Sequence record: NC_055721.1 | DNA length: 64,000 nucleotides | Source: Escherichia phage EcS1 | Direction: 5' to 3' (one strand) | In this document: in pieces, positions 47,101 to 56,248 of the stretch | How the letters are laid out: each line of letters begins with the position of its first letter | Position numbering within the stretch: the stretch's first letter is position 1 | The notes under the pieces: model-generated | The model's database searches: none | The model's input: only the letters and a program-made list of their open reading frames with translations | What the model was told of the DNA's origin: nothing | Translations under genes and position numbers: made by a program

Positions 47101-47909
47101 TTGCTGGACAAATTACTGCACCGAATATCAATATAACTTCAGCATATAAAATGAATGGTGTTAACATCATTGCTGCTGAAACAATTGGTTCAACTCCAGT
47201 AGTTGCAATTGGTTCGACTACCCAAAAGATGGCTGTTAAAAGTGTTGATGCTGCTAATATCGATGTATACGATAAAGACTCACCATCTGCGCCGTATAAG
47301 ATATTAACATCTAAAAATGCTGTGGATATTGTAGGTCAAAACTTCGTTAAGAAGATTGGCGATACAATGTCTGGACGTTTAACTATTAATGCCGCGATGT
47401 CTGTTATCATGGACCAAGACAAAGCTATGGGTGCATTGACTGCCGAAACAATAGGTACTTGGTCAACCGAAATAACTAAACAAGCATTGTATAACACTTT
47501 GCCTGGTTATGTCGTTCCAGTATTTGTTAAAGATGACCAAGGACAAAGCACTCCTATTGTAGAAAGTTATACCGAAGTTAAGTCAATCGGTACAATGTCT
47601 CAATTTGGTGTATCGTCAGCTTACACGTATCGTATTTGGACTCCTCGTCCTCAAACGGTTCAAGCTAACCATAGTCCAGTTTCAATGTATACTCAGATTT
47701 GGGATTCAGCTCGTAACGTATGGGGTCAATGGTCTCGTATGTTCACCTCTGAAGCGCCTCCAACGGCTGCTGACATTGGTGCTGTTTCTACTGCTGGTTC
47801 TGCATTCGATAACCTGACAATACATAAGTGGCTTCAGATTGGCAATGTTCGTATTGAGCCAGATGATGTTACTCGTACAGTTAAATTCACTTGGATTGAT
47901 ACTCCATAA
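44133..47909 (+). CDS. 34: Long tail fibre proximal subunit gp34
   Basis: 1258 aa; N-terminus (RATSGLDAGGDKVINVAKAD) and repeated RxATETxxG(I/V)A motifs match T4 gp34. Confidence 0.9.
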   Translation: MADILKPAFRATSGLDAGGDKVINVAKADFDVLSDGVNVDFFIEENTIQEYIETRAYRQNFAVMFDGRIWTAKADIASPSGPFQEARWTALRTDPKWKYVTSGANNALNSGDTISVTTELGDVGFILPNDPQDGDTIVIKDVGAKVGYNSLKVKVSNQQIVNLGNKVNELLITKPRSENVFIFSNRLWYFYAAEESIHATQITVANNEYRASASERIFRTHSAPGAIIVVLPKYANNGDIIYFTDLDGLAPLQHLIVKTFDNTSSIGKAGQYQIESRTSADGLVIYDASTKVWKIWDGDIRQRLRIIRDDVNLLANESVMVFGVNNSVQKTINIKLPAGVAIGDKERIAMNYMRKGQKVIITAATGDKIATSKTLLQFPKRSQYPPDVEWVKVDSLEFDGTIDYVPIMELSYVEDGAEKYWVVSTNDPTVERVDATSDANRQRLGVIALASQAQANANHEQTPEKELAITPETLANRTATETRRGIARVATTAEVNKLTTDTYADDTIITPRKLNERSATETRRGLAEIATQPETNAGTDDTVIITPKKLEARRATETMAGIAPLVVSGGIPGIDRDTVGTGIYERTEHTRQVTPKTLFENKATQTAQGGVWMATGNETIAGVVDTPAMPLAVSPEQLHKKTATETRIGFTEIATQPETDAGTDDFRFITPKKLNNRNATETLTGISRVATQVEFDAGTLDNVISTPLKIKTRFNDTARTSVIPASGLTESGTLWNHYTLDIREASETQRGTARLATQLEVNTGTDDKTIVTPLKLHSKKATESSEGIIQVATQAETVTGTSPTKAISPKNFKYVVQQETTWEASPTTRGFVKISENAITWVGNNTAGSTKPLDQYVKSGYAISPYELNKTLANYLPLMAQAEDSRNLDGLDSLQFIRRDIDQTVNGKLTLTKELVTSAAITSTAAATFDSVLSIKTVTIGNNTGNAIFNMAGTTNPWAISALSSKDTIEFKSGTSANALVLNKNGDTTIAGQITAPNINITSAYKMNGVNIIAAETIGSTPVVAIGSTTQKMAVKSVDAANIDVYDKDSPSAPYKILTSKNAVDIVGQNFVKKIGDTMSGRLTINAAMSVIMDQDKAMGALTAETIGTWSTEITKQALYNTLPGYVVPVFVKDDQGQSTPIVESYTEVKSIGTMSQFGVSSAYTYRIWTPRPQTVQANHSPVSMYTQIWDSARNVWGQWSRMFTSEAPPTAADIGAVSTAGSAFDNLTIHKWLQIGNVRIEPDDVTRTVKFTWIDTP

Positions 47910-47917
47910 GAGGTATT

Positions 47918-49066
47918 ATGTCTAATATTATGGCTGGTTTCGGTAATGGATTTGTCGAAACCCAAATCATATCAGAAAATAATGCTGTAAGATATAAACT
48001 GTCAATAGCGGCCGGACTTAAAAAGTCCGTGCCTGCTATAGGTTATGTTTTATTGCAAGATAAACCGTTAGGCCCGCAAGAGAGTCCTCCTGGATTAACC
48101 GTTAGAGAATTTAATGTTGCAACAAATACAATTGCATCATCTAAATTATTTGAATTTAAAAATGGTGAAGCAGGCGGAGCTTCTCAAGCATTTGTGGATT
48201 ATATTACGGCCTTATCTTCTAAACCTAATGTAATTGTTATTCTTACATCAGGTGATAGATTATATTCTAATGCGGCAATTGATACATGGTTTTTAAATGC
48301 ATCAGCAACAAGTTGGCCAGGCACATGGAGGTGTTCTAAATTCCCATGCTCTTACGTTGCTTTTTATTCTCCACTTTATAAAAAGATAGTTCAAGAACAT
48401 GCTACTTATAGCGATGATATTTTAAGACAGGAAGATGTCAGAGCTCAATTAGAAATTGTTTATGATAAGTTCAATGATATAGGCGCTACTGGATTTTCTA
48501 AACGTTCTATAGAAGACCCTACTGAATATTCAAGTAGCACTGAGTTTGACTTTGTACGATATCCTATCGGTGCGCCTATTATCGCACCAATGGCTGACTA
48601 TTCATTGAGAGCTGGTTCAAAGGTAAAGGTATCGTTTGAATTATATGCTTCAGCCGATTTATTAGCTACAGGTCAAACAGTCCGTATTAGTTTTCGTTGG
48701 TTTAAAGATACCGCTATTCTTACGTCTCAGACGAATGAGGTGGCACTCGGACAAGCCGATAGATGGATAAAGTACGAACGGGTTCTAGATGTCCCTGCCA
48801 CCGCTGACGGCTTCACAATCATTGTTTCTAGATATCCTCGACAACCTGAACCTGGGCTTGGAGCTATCAAGAATTTAATTATGACAGAAGTCTCAAGACA
48901 AGATGAAGCATTAACTCGTCCTGCTGAATTTGGTGTCAATGGTATAAGAATGAACAAAGCTATAGATGGAACTGTGTCTGAATTGTTGATTCTTGCTGAT
49001 ACTAGCGATGATCCGTCAGGACAAGTTGAATCAGTTGAGTTCAGAGAACTTAAGAAAGATGTATAA
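47918..49066 (+). CDS. 35: Long tail fibre hinge protein gp35
   Basis: 382 aa; synteny 34-35-36-37. Confidence 0.7.
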   Translation: MSNIMAGFGNGFVETQIISENNAVRYKLSIAAGLKKSVPAIGYVLLQDKPLGPQESPPGLTVREFNVATNTIASSKLFEFKNGEAGGASQAFVDYITALSSKPNVIVILTSGDRLYSNAAIDTWFLNASATSWPGTWRCSKFPCSYVAFYSPLYKKIVQEHATYSDDILRQEDVRAQLEIVYDKFNDIGATGFSKRSIEDPTEYSSSTEFDFVRYPIGAPIIAPMADYSLRAGSKVKVSFELYASADLLATGQTVRISFRWFKDTAILTSQTNEVALGQADRWIKYERVLDVPATADGFTIIVSRYPRQPEPGLGAIKNLIMTEVSRQDEALTRPAEFGVNGIRMNKAIDGTVSELLILADTSDDPSGQVESVEFRELKKDV

Positions 49067-49070
49067 TATT

Positions 49071-49088
49071 GGGAGACTTCGGTCTCCC
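49071..49088 (+). terminator. UUCG-tetraloop hairpin (GGGAGAC-UUCG-GUCUCCC then AUUUUAG) after gene 35
   Basis: Same repeat family as 54632; directly followed by late promoter box. Confidence 0.6.
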
Positions 49089-49095
49089 ATTTTAG

Positions 49096-49103
49096 TATAA
49101 ATA
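49096..49103 (+). promoter_or_regulatory. Late promoter box TATAAATA for gene 36
   Basis: Exact box ~25 nt upstream of ATG 49128. Confidence 0.55.
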
Positions 49104-49127
49104 CGCTTATTAATAAGGGGACCCAAT

Positions 49128-49775
49128 ATGGCCGATTTAAAAGCTAGTTCTACAGTTGGAGGAGCCGTTATTTGGCACCAAGGAAACTTCCCGTTGTTCC
49201 CAACTGGTGACTCTCTTCTCTACAAAACATATAAAGTTTATTCTGAAAAGGATAAGCCGCAAGCAGTAGATAATGACTTTGTTTCAAAAGCAAACGGAGG
49301 CGATTATCTTAAAAGTGTTAACTACACTGAAGGTTTAACATTAAATGATTCTGCTGGGTATAAAGTTAAATTTGGCAAGCCTATTTCTACAGACCCAAAT
49401 ATAATCTATACAGCTTCACTTCAAATCCAATCTCCATTTGGGTTAGAAACCGCGGCTGGGCAGCCATTCATTATATTTGACCCAACAACTGAACCGACTA
49501 CACCTCGTTTAACTGTAATGGGTAAAGTAATTGCTGGGCAATTGTGGGATACTAATACACGTGTATACTCACCTATAAACCCGCCAAAACCAGTTGATGT
49601 TGGATTAGGCAATGTAACTAATGATGCTCAAGTTAAAAAAGCTGGTGATACAATGACAGGTCTTTTAACTGCACCCAATTTTATTTCATCAAATATTGCA
49701 TCTCGTTCTGATCATGTGCCTCAATATGGACAAGTAATTGCTAAAAACACTGAAATAGATTTTGGCACTTATTGA
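49128..49775 (+). CDS. 36: Long tail fibre distal subunit gp36
   Basis: 215 aa (T4 gp36 221); synteny. Confidence 0.7.
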   Translation: MADLKASSTVGGAVIWHQGNFPLFPTGDSLLYKTYKVYSEKDKPQAVDNDFVSKANGGDYLKSVNYTEGLTLNDSAGYKVKFGKPISTDPNIIYTASLQIQSPFGLETAAGQPFIIFDPTTEPTTPRLTVMGKVIAGQLWDTNTRVYSPINPPKPVDVGLGNVTNDAQVKKAGDTMTGLLTAPNFISSNIASRSDHVPQYGQVIAKNTEIDFGTY

Positions 49776-49807
49776 TCATAAATAAAGATATCGAATAAGG
49801 AAAAACT

Positions 49808-52741
49808 ATGGCCGATTTATCAAGAATTAAATTTAAACGCTCTTCTGTCGCAGGTAAACGTCCATTACCTGCCGATATCGCTGAAGGCGAATTAGCGATT
49901 AACTTAAAAGATCGTATGATCTTTACAAAAGATGACCAGAATATGATTGTCGATTTAGGCTTTGCTAAAGGCGGCAATGTTGATGGCAATATTAACCAAG
50001 TTTCTGGTAACTTTAAAACAGCAGGTAATGTTGAAGGTAAAAACTTTGATATCACAGATACTGCTAAATTTAATAATTCGACAAAAACAAAATATCTTAC
50101 TATTGGAACAGAAAGTGAACCTGTTTTAAATGGTGTATATCGTTATTGGGGTTCAGCTACCCGTGGTTCTGTCCATGAATTTGGCTTCGCTGATTCCACA
50201 TATGGTATGTATGTTCAGAAGTCTCCTACAGGTGATGTAGATGCTGCTATAAATGGTAAACTTAATGTTGCAAGTACTATAACAGGTAAATGGGACCTTA
50301 AATTAGAAGGTCCAACACAACATGTAGTTCATACCAACTGGGGCGACATGACATCTAGATCGATGTTTATTGATGCTCGTGGTACAGTTGCTGATAATGT
50401 GAATTATTCATTTTCTACAGGAACTTCTGCAGGTGCCTCTAAGAATGTTATTCTTACAATGCGTGAAGTTAAAACAACTGGTGCCTTGAGAACACAAATC
50501 AATGGTCAAACATACATCAATGGTAATGGTACCCAAGATTTTAACCCATTAATTTTTGTGGGACCAAATAATAAATCAATCATTAACCGAATTGCCGACG
50601 GTAAATATTATATGTTGGCTGGCGAAGGTGATGCCTTCGGTGCAGACCGCCCATTTGTTTACGATTATGCGACTGGTTTAGTTTCAAGTGGAACTAATTT
50701 CTCTATTAATAAAACAGGGACTAGAATAACAGTTGGGACCATTGATACAACTGCCATAGGAACTGGTATTTCAATAGGTGACGGCGGTACAGGTATCACA
50801 TATAATGGCACCGGTAATATGGCATTAATGTCTGCTGGTAATGAATTTTTAAATATTGGTTTCAGTAATAGAATAACATCATTACGCCAATTCCGTTTAG
50901 TCGTTCCTTTAGATAATATCCCTACAAATAATTCTATTTTAACTGTTGATACTTCTCTTGATGGTAATGCTAATCAAGGTGATGGTATGACTCATATCGG
51001 ATATCTTGATGTAGACAAAAAGTTTAGTCATTTTTTCAGAGGAACTGGTACAACATATGTTAGTTCTGATGGTGGTCTTTATGTCCAGAAATTAACTACA
51101 TTAGCAGGTGCATTAAATGTTTCAGGCATAACTAATATTGGTGTTGCAGGAAATGCAAATTTAAACATTGGTGATAATGATACTGGATTCACTTCAGGTG
51201 GCGATGGTATCTTGAATTTAAGAGCCAATAGTGTGAATACAATGCAATTCCAGTATAATGTTATTACAGCTCACCAACAATTTAGACTTAATCAAGGTAG
51301 CGAAACTTCATATAAAGCTTATGGAGTTTACGATTCTACAAGTTTAGCCCAGTGGGCTGCTACTCCTGAAACAGCTAATGGTGTAAACCATTTACGTAAA
51401 ATGCGTGGACATAGTGCAGCAACTATTTTCCATGAAATTGCTGCTGGTAATGAAATATCTTGGTGGCATGGTAATGGACCTGAAAATAAAATATTTTCAT
51501 TTAATGGTGCTAATGGCGGTACTCTTTATGTGGGTGGAGAAAGTAGCTTTTCTCAATATCGTGCTGATGGTAATATCTTAGGTCCTACTTGGACCAATGG
51601 AAATCTGAAAGTTCATATTGATACCTTTGTGCCTAAATCTGGCGCTATAATGATCGGGGACTTAGCTTCTCCTTCATTTATTTCTATGAATGGTTCTTTA
51701 ATTACTAAAGGAGCTAATACTGCTAGTAATTGTCATGTTTGGTTCCAAAATTCAGATGGTACTGAACGCGGTGTTCTTTGGGGATCCCCTGATGGCATGA
51801 TGAATCTTAGAGCTAACAATGTAAGCCAGACCACATGGAAAATTGGTGCTGGCATGATTCTGATGCAAGATACTGTTACCGGTTCTGAACGTGCTTTGAT
51901 TCGTGGTACTGTTGATGGTGGTGGTCATGTAGATTGGAGAAACCGCTCTTCAGGACTTCAATTAGATTGCCCTAATTCAGATACATCAGCATATAACGTT
52001 TGGAAAGCTACTAAATGGGGTGCAAACCATTTAGCCGCAATGGATGTTCATGCAGCTAATGGTGACATGAATGGTGTTACTACTCGTTTAATAAATGGTA
52101 ATCATGTATTCACTTTTGGTGGACCTTCATTTACAGCCCCAGGAACTATATCAGCACCTAATGTTACTTCAACAGGCAGCCTTTATGCAGCTGATCATGT
52201 TTACGCAGGCAACACATCATCTTATCTTCGTAATGATGGCATGATTGCTGGTCCTGTATGGGGTGGGCAGATAGATAATTGGATTTCTAGTAACTTTGCT
52301 CGTAAAAACCAGGCAGAAACATTCCAAGGTAATGTAAACGTAAATGGTGACTTGAACCAGGCTTCAGATTCGTTCTCATTATATTGTCGTGACCTTTATG
52401 TACGTTCTGATATAAGAGTTAAAAAAGACCTGAAACGTTTTATCAAACCTTCTGAAACCTTATCTAAACTTGGTGGATACTTGTATCTCCAGAAGAAAGG
52501 ACAAAATGAAGATGGTTCTGATAAATATATCCAGTCAGCTGGTTTAATTGCTCAGGAAGTTCAAGACGTATTACCTGAATTAATTTCAGTAGATGATACA
52601 GATGAAGCTCTTCTTCGTTTGAACTATAATGGTATCATTGCTTTAAATACAGCAACCATTAATGAACATACTGAAACAATAGCTACTCTGACAGCATTAG
52701 TTGAAAAACTAACAGCTCGTTTAGAAAAATTGGAAAAATAA
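49808..52741 (+). CDS. 37: Long tail fibre distal subunit gp37 with C-terminal intramolecular chaperone (peptidase S74-like) domain
   Basis: N-terminus matches T4 gp37 (KRS.AG.RP....AEGELAINLKDR.IFTKDD...I.DLGFAKGG); C-terminal ~111 aa begin with SDIRVKKD autoprocessing-like motif. Confidence 0.85.
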   Translation: MADLSRIKFKRSSVAGKRPLPADIAEGELAINLKDRMIFTKDDQNMIVDLGFAKGGNVDGNINQVSGNFKTAGNVEGKNFDITDTAKFNNSTKTKYLTIGTESEPVLNGVYRYWGSATRGSVHEFGFADSTYGMYVQKSPTGDVDAAINGKLNVASTITGKWDLKLEGPTQHVVHTNWGDMTSRSMFIDARGTVADNVNYSFSTGTSAGASKNVILTMREVKTTGALRTQINGQTYINGNGTQDFNPLIFVGPNNKSIINRIADGKYYMLAGEGDAFGADRPFVYDYATGLVSSGTNFSINKTGTRITVGTIDTTAIGTGISIGDGGTGITYNGTGNMALMSAGNEFLNIGFSNRITSLRQFRLVVPLDNIPTNNSILTVDTSLDGNANQGDGMTHIGYLDVDKKFSHFFRGTGTTYVSSDGGLYVQKLTTLAGALNVSGITNIGVAGNANLNIGDNDTGFTSGGDGILNLRANSVNTMQFQYNVITAHQQFRLNQGSETSYKAYGVYDSTSLAQWAATPETANGVNHLRKMRGHSAATIFHEIAAGNEISWWHGNGPENKIFSFNGANGGTLYVGGESSFSQYRADGNILGPTWTNGNLKVHIDTFVPKSGAIMIGDLASPSFISMNGSLITKGANTASNCHVWFQNSDGTERGVLWGSPDGMMNLRANNVSQTTWKIGAGMILMQDTVTGSERALIRGTVDGGGHVDWRNRSSGLQLDCPNSDTSAYNVWKATKWGANHLAAMDVHAANGDMNGVTTRLINGNHVFTFGGPSFTAPGTISAPNVTSTGSLYAADHVYAGNTSSYLRNDGMIAGPVWGGQIDNWISSNFARKNQAETFQGNVNVNGDLNQASDSFSLYCRDLYVRSDIRVKKDLKRFIKPSETLSKLGGYLYLQKKGQNEDGSDKYIQSAGLIAQEVQDVLPELISVDDTDEALLRLNYNGIIALNTATINEHTETIATLTALVEKLTARLEKLEK

Positions 52742-52746
52742 GAGAA

Positions 52747-52760
52747 GGGGCTTCGGCCCC
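52747..52760 (+). promoter_or_regulatory. UUCG-tetraloop hairpin (GGGGC-UUCG-GCCCC) between gene 37 and first gp38-like gene
   Basis: Plus GGGGCTTCGGCCCC. Confidence 0.55.
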
Positions 52761-52772
52761 TTAAGGATTAAT

Positions 52773-53273
52773 ATGGCAGTAACAGGTCCTTGGATAGGTA
52801 GTTCAGCCGTAGCTGAAACAGGCCAAAGATGGTTAATTAATGCAGCAACAGCATTAAGATTAGGAACTCCGTTTTGGGCTTCTTCATTATCTGGAAGATC
52901 ACGATCATTCTTTATAACAGTAGGTCAATATACAGCTTATGCTATATTAGCTGGTGAACCTGATTATAGAGGTGCCGGTGGTGTCATGTATAATAACAAA
53001 AACACTAGCCTACAAAATAGCCCTTTTGGTGCTCTTGATGCAAATGGTATATGGGGTGGTGCGACTCGAATAGAAGTAGTAAGAAGTAGAGTTTCAACGT
53101 TTGGACAAATCATTGGTAATCTTGAACAAAGAAATCTCATTTTAAATATAGGCGGAACTAATTTTCAATTCAATTATACAAATGGGTATTGGGAATGTAC
53201 AGACCCTAATGGATTATATGATTTTTTAGGAGCAAGAATTGGTTGGCGATTAGAATGTATTCCTCAAAACTAA
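52773..53273 (+). CDS. 38: gp38-like tail fibre adhesin (T2-type), paralog A
   Basis: N-terminus MAVTGPWIGSSAVAETGQRW resembles the conserved gp37-attachment N-terminus of T2-type gp38 as recalled; immediately downstream of 37. Confidence 0.6.
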   Translation: MAVTGPWIGSSAVAETGQRWLINAATALRLGTPFWASSLSGRSRSFFITVGQYTAYAILAGEPDYRGAGGVMYNNKNTSLQNSPFGALDANGIWGGATRIEVVRSRVSTFGQIIGNLEQRNLILNIGGTNFQFNYTNGYWECTDPNGLYDFLGARIGWRLECIPQN

Positions 53274-53415
53274 GTTATTAATTTATCCTTTTAATAAATA
53301 AACCTATACCACATTTTGGGTTTCATCAAAATGGGACAATTTTTTATTTATTACGCCGCGCGCAACGATGCTCACACATCGCCGCTACCGTGGCCTTTTA
53401 AAAGAGGCTAAATCA

Positions 53416-53934
53416 ATGGCAATTGCAGGTCCGTGGATAGGAAGCTCTGGTGTCGCAGAGACTGGTAAAAGATGGATGCAAGAAATTGGTGCTGCAGTAA
53501 GAATGCCGGCTCCATTCTGGGCATCTAATTTAGGTGGTAGAAGTGTTTATAATATATCATTTGGTGTCTATGAACGTATGTATAATAATGTGCGTTATAG
53601 AGGTCAATGGGGCGTTGGTTGGAGTTATCCTTTTTCTAAACCTTCTGGGTATGGTAATGTCGGGGGTAGTTTTGAAGGTAATGCATTTGGGACACTTGTT
53701 GCAATAGGCTCATCACTAGCTGATAACAGGGGTGGTAACGTATTATCTATCCAAAATGGGCCTGTAACTAATTTAACCCTTACTACAGATGACGGCGCTG
53801 TGTTTTATTTTAATAACACAGAGCGTTTTGATAGTGGTTATCGACAATATGATTGTACTGACAGGGCTGCATTATATAATTATCTAAATGCTCGTGTAGG
53901 ACAAACCCGACAAGGATTAGTTACTAGACGATAA
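53416..53934 (+). CDS. gp38-like tail fibre adhesin, paralog B
   Basis: Start at MAIAGPWIGSSGVAETGKRW with AAGAGG RBS; shares N-terminal ~45 aa and C-terminal CTD...LY.(F/Y)L.AR(I/V)G with paralog A; central region divergent. Confidence 0.55.
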   Translation: MAIAGPWIGSSGVAETGKRWMQEIGAAVRMPAPFWASNLGGRSVYNISFGVYERMYNNVRYRGQWGVGWSYPFSKPSGYGNVGGSFEGNAFGTLVAIGSSLADNRGGNVLSIQNGPVTNLTLTTDDGAVFYFNNTERFDSGYRQYDCTDRAALYNYLNARVGQTRQGLVTRR

Positions 53935-53966
53935 GCATAAATACCTCAGTAAAAAGAGGAATTTAT

Positions 53967-54626
53967 ATGGCCACTCCAAGAACACCAATCCCAATAGCAG
54001 ATATTCTATTTGGTGTTCTGGACAGACTCTTCAAAGACAACGCCACAGGACGAGTTCTAGCTTCTAGAGTTCTAACTGTGATTATCTTATTCATTTTATG
54101 CCTAATTTGGTACAGAGGCGATGCGTTCATGCAGACTTATAAAGAGTCTCGTTATGATACGTATTCTGAAGTACTTCAAAAGGATCGTGATGTTAAATTT
54201 GAGACTTCTGCTCTAGAACAACTTCAAATAGTGCATGTATCAAGCGGTGCTGATTTTTCAGCGATATATTCATTTAGACCTAAAAATTTAAATTACTTTG
54301 TGGATTTAATAGCGTACGAAGGGAGACTTCCATCTACAGTTAATGAAAAAAACTTAGGTGGATATCCAGTAGATAAGACTTCAGGGGAGTATTCAGCTCA
54401 TTTGAATGGTGCGTATTTTACATCATCAATAGAGTATGTTTTCTTGCCAACGAAGAAGAAAAATGAAGAATTAAAATATATGTTTTCTTGCCCATATTTT
54501 AATTTAGATAACGTTTATTCAGGAACTGTTTCAATGTACTGGTATTCTGGTAAACCACACATCGTTGATTCAAGATTAAACGCTATCTGTCAACAGGCTG
54601 CTCGTACTTTAGGCAGAGCTAGATAA
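53967..54626 (+). CDS. t: Holin T
   Basis: 219 aa; near-colinear with T4 holin T as recalled (DILFGVLDRLFKDNATG.VLASRV, LEQLQIVH.SS.ADFSA.YSFRPKNLNYFVD.IAYEG.LPST, CPYFNLDN.Y.GT..MYWY). Confidence 0.9.
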   Translation: MATPRTPIPIADILFGVLDRLFKDNATGRVLASRVLTVIILFILCLIWYRGDAFMQTYKESRYDTYSEVLQKDRDVKFETSALEQLQIVHVSSGADFSAIYSFRPKNLNYFVDLIAYEGRLPSTVNEKNLGGYPVDKTSGEYSAHLNGAYFTSSIEYVFLPTKKKNEELKYMFSCPYFNLDNVYSGTVSMYWYSGKPHIVDSRLNAICQQAARTLGRAR

Positions 54627-54631
54627 TATTT

Positions 54632-54649
54632 GGGAGACTTCGGTCTCCC
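54632..54649. terminator. UUCG-tetraloop terminator between convergent t and asiA
   Basis: GGGAGACTTCGGTCTCCC followed by ATTTTAG. Confidence 0.65.
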
Positions 54650-54652
54650 ATT

Positions 54653-54925
54653 TTAGTTTGCATTATGCATCGCTAGATGGCGATAAATGTCTTCGAAACC
54701 TTCATTAAACTCTTCAACTAGACTCAAACGTTCTTCATCAGTGAGTCCATCAATCATCTTCTTAAAGTTAGCAAGATTCAATTCACGTCCATGCTCATTA
54801 CGCAACCCAAGTTCATTCAAAAATGCAATAAATGTTTCACGTTTCTCGAGAATGTCTTCACAAGAAGTTTTAATCAGAATAGAAGCAACAGTAATAATTT
54901 CACGAACGATTTCAATTTTCAACAT
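54653..54925 (-). CDS. asiA: Anti-sigma70 factor AsiA
   Basis: 90 aa as T4 AsiA; matches (VREIITVASILIK, FIAFLNE.G, L..EFNEGFE..YR.L). Confidence 0.9.
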   Translation of the reverse strand: MLKIEIVREIITVASILIKTSCEDILEKRETFIAFLNELGLRNEHGRELNLANFKKMIDGLTDEERLSLVEEFNEGFEDIYRHLAMHNAN

Positions 54926-54965
54926 TATTTTTCCTACGACTTAAATGGAGTATTTCAATAGAACT

Positions 54966-54994
54966 ATTCTATCATGTTATAATTGGATTGTAAA
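54966..54994 (-). promoter_or_regulatory. Early promoter for asiA (-35 TTTACA, 17 bp, -10 TAGAAT)
   Basis: Minus-strand reading upstream of asiA start. Confidence 0.5.
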
Positions 54995-55315
54995 CCCGTT
55001 ATCTTGAACTACCGCTTCAATGAATCGCATCGCGTTCAGAAGTTCCGATGCTGTTTCTGATTTAATTTCAAAGTCAGTGTTAATCTTGCCTAGAAGAACA
55101 TTTTTGTATTCACCAATAGACTTCATACAATTAAACCGATTGATGACATCATTAGCTGCTACGTACGCAGGAACGTTGGCTGCGACAGTTTTCTTTAGAC
55201 TGAATACAATACTATATGTCGTCTTAATAGCTTCAAAGGTGCGGCAATAGTGCTCGTAGACATTACGTTCTAATTCGAGTTTAGACTCGAGGACATTCTC
55301 AAGATTATGACTCAT
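54977..55315 (-). CDS. Hypothetical protein (arn region of T4 map)
   Basis: 112-aa ORF. Confidence 0.35.
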   Translation of the reverse strand: MSHNLENVLESKLELERNVYEHYCRTFEAIKTTYSIVFSLKKTVAANVPAYVAANDVINRFNCMKSIGEYKNVLLGKINTDFEIKSETASELLNAMRFIEAVVQDNGFTIQL

Positions 55316-55590
55316 AGATAATCCTCAAAATCGCAGACTTGAATTTCATGTTCAATCATAGCAACAACTTCAGCTTCACTTATTGTTGATGTGGTTATCA
55401 CGACAGTAATTGTGCCATTATCCCACAAGTAGACTAACCAATCAGGTCCAGCAGAATCTTTTAAACGCGCATCGAGTTCATCCATTAAACCAGACATAGT
55501 ATAACTATTAATGTCGTTTTTCTCAATGACTTTCTTTATAAGTTCACATTCATAAATGAATGCTTGTGCTTGATATCGTTGTTTAATCAT
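55312..55590 (-). CDS. Hypothetical small protein
   Basis: 92-aa ORF, overlapping start/stop with neighbours. Confidence 0.35.
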   Translation of the reverse strand: MIKQRYQAQAFIYECELIKKVIEKNDINSYTMSGLMDELDARLKDSAGPDWLVYLWDNGTITVVITTSTISEAEVVAMIEHEIQVCDFEDYL

Positions 55591-55853
55591 TTCAAGTTAT
55601 CCTTCAAGTATTGGTTAAATTCGTTAAACGCTACTTCAAGTGAAGATGAATCACGAGAAATGAAACGAAAACCACCTGCTGTAAACTCTAGTTCTTCAAT
55701 AAAGACATGATGGTCATCCCAGACCTTTTTGCGAGCATTAGCAACAACACTTGTGTTATGGAAGATGCTAGAGCGAGCATAGCCAGCAATAACTTCTTTA
55801 GATGTAAAATTGTAGACATATTCTACTTTAACTTCTTCAGGATTAAATTTCAT
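55587..55853 (-). CDS. Hypothetical small protein
   Basis: 88-aa ORF. Confidence 0.35.
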   Translation of the reverse strand: MKFNPEEVKVEYVYNFTSKEVIAGYARSSIFHNTSVVANARKKVWDDHHVFIEELEFTAGGFRFISRDSSSLEVAFNEFNQYLKDNLK

Positions 55854-55960
55854 TTAATTTACCTTTGTGCTTCTGTTTACGTTTAGATTCTTCTTGTGTT
55901 TTCTTTTTATTTTTATGAACAGAAGCACGATTAAAATCATTTTTAGCAACCCAGTTTCTT

Positions 55961-56248
55961 TCATTCATTTTCAATTTTCTCAAGTTTTTGTTCAAGGCGT
56001 TTAATCATATCAGCAGTCATTTGGATATAAAGTTCCATAAGCAAAGGCTTTAACTGACCGTTAATAGGTGGAGTAAATGGACAAACATAATCAGTTTCTA
56101 ATAATTGTTTAGCTAAGCTCGAATCACAGAATTGGAACCCAGCTTGATTAGCATATTCACCCCAACCTTCTTTCATCATTTCAATAGCTCGTTTCAGAGC
56201 ATTGATTTGATTGTTCAGAGCATCGATTTGAAGAAGTTTAATGTTCAT
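55961..56248 (-). CDS. Hypothetical small protein
   Basis: 95-aa ORF. Confidence 0.35.
   Translation of the reverse strand: MNIKLLQIDALNNQINALKRAIEMMKEGWGEYANQAGFQFCDSSLAKQLLETDYVCPFTPPINGQLKPLLMELYIQMTADMIKRLEQKLEKIENE

Noticed and set aside
49777-49784. CATAAATA one-mismatch late-promoter-like boxes upstream of gene 37 (49777), hoc (about 2311) and t (about 53937)
   Set aside because: The first position deviates from TATAAATA; plausible weak late promoters but not reported as features without transcript mapping
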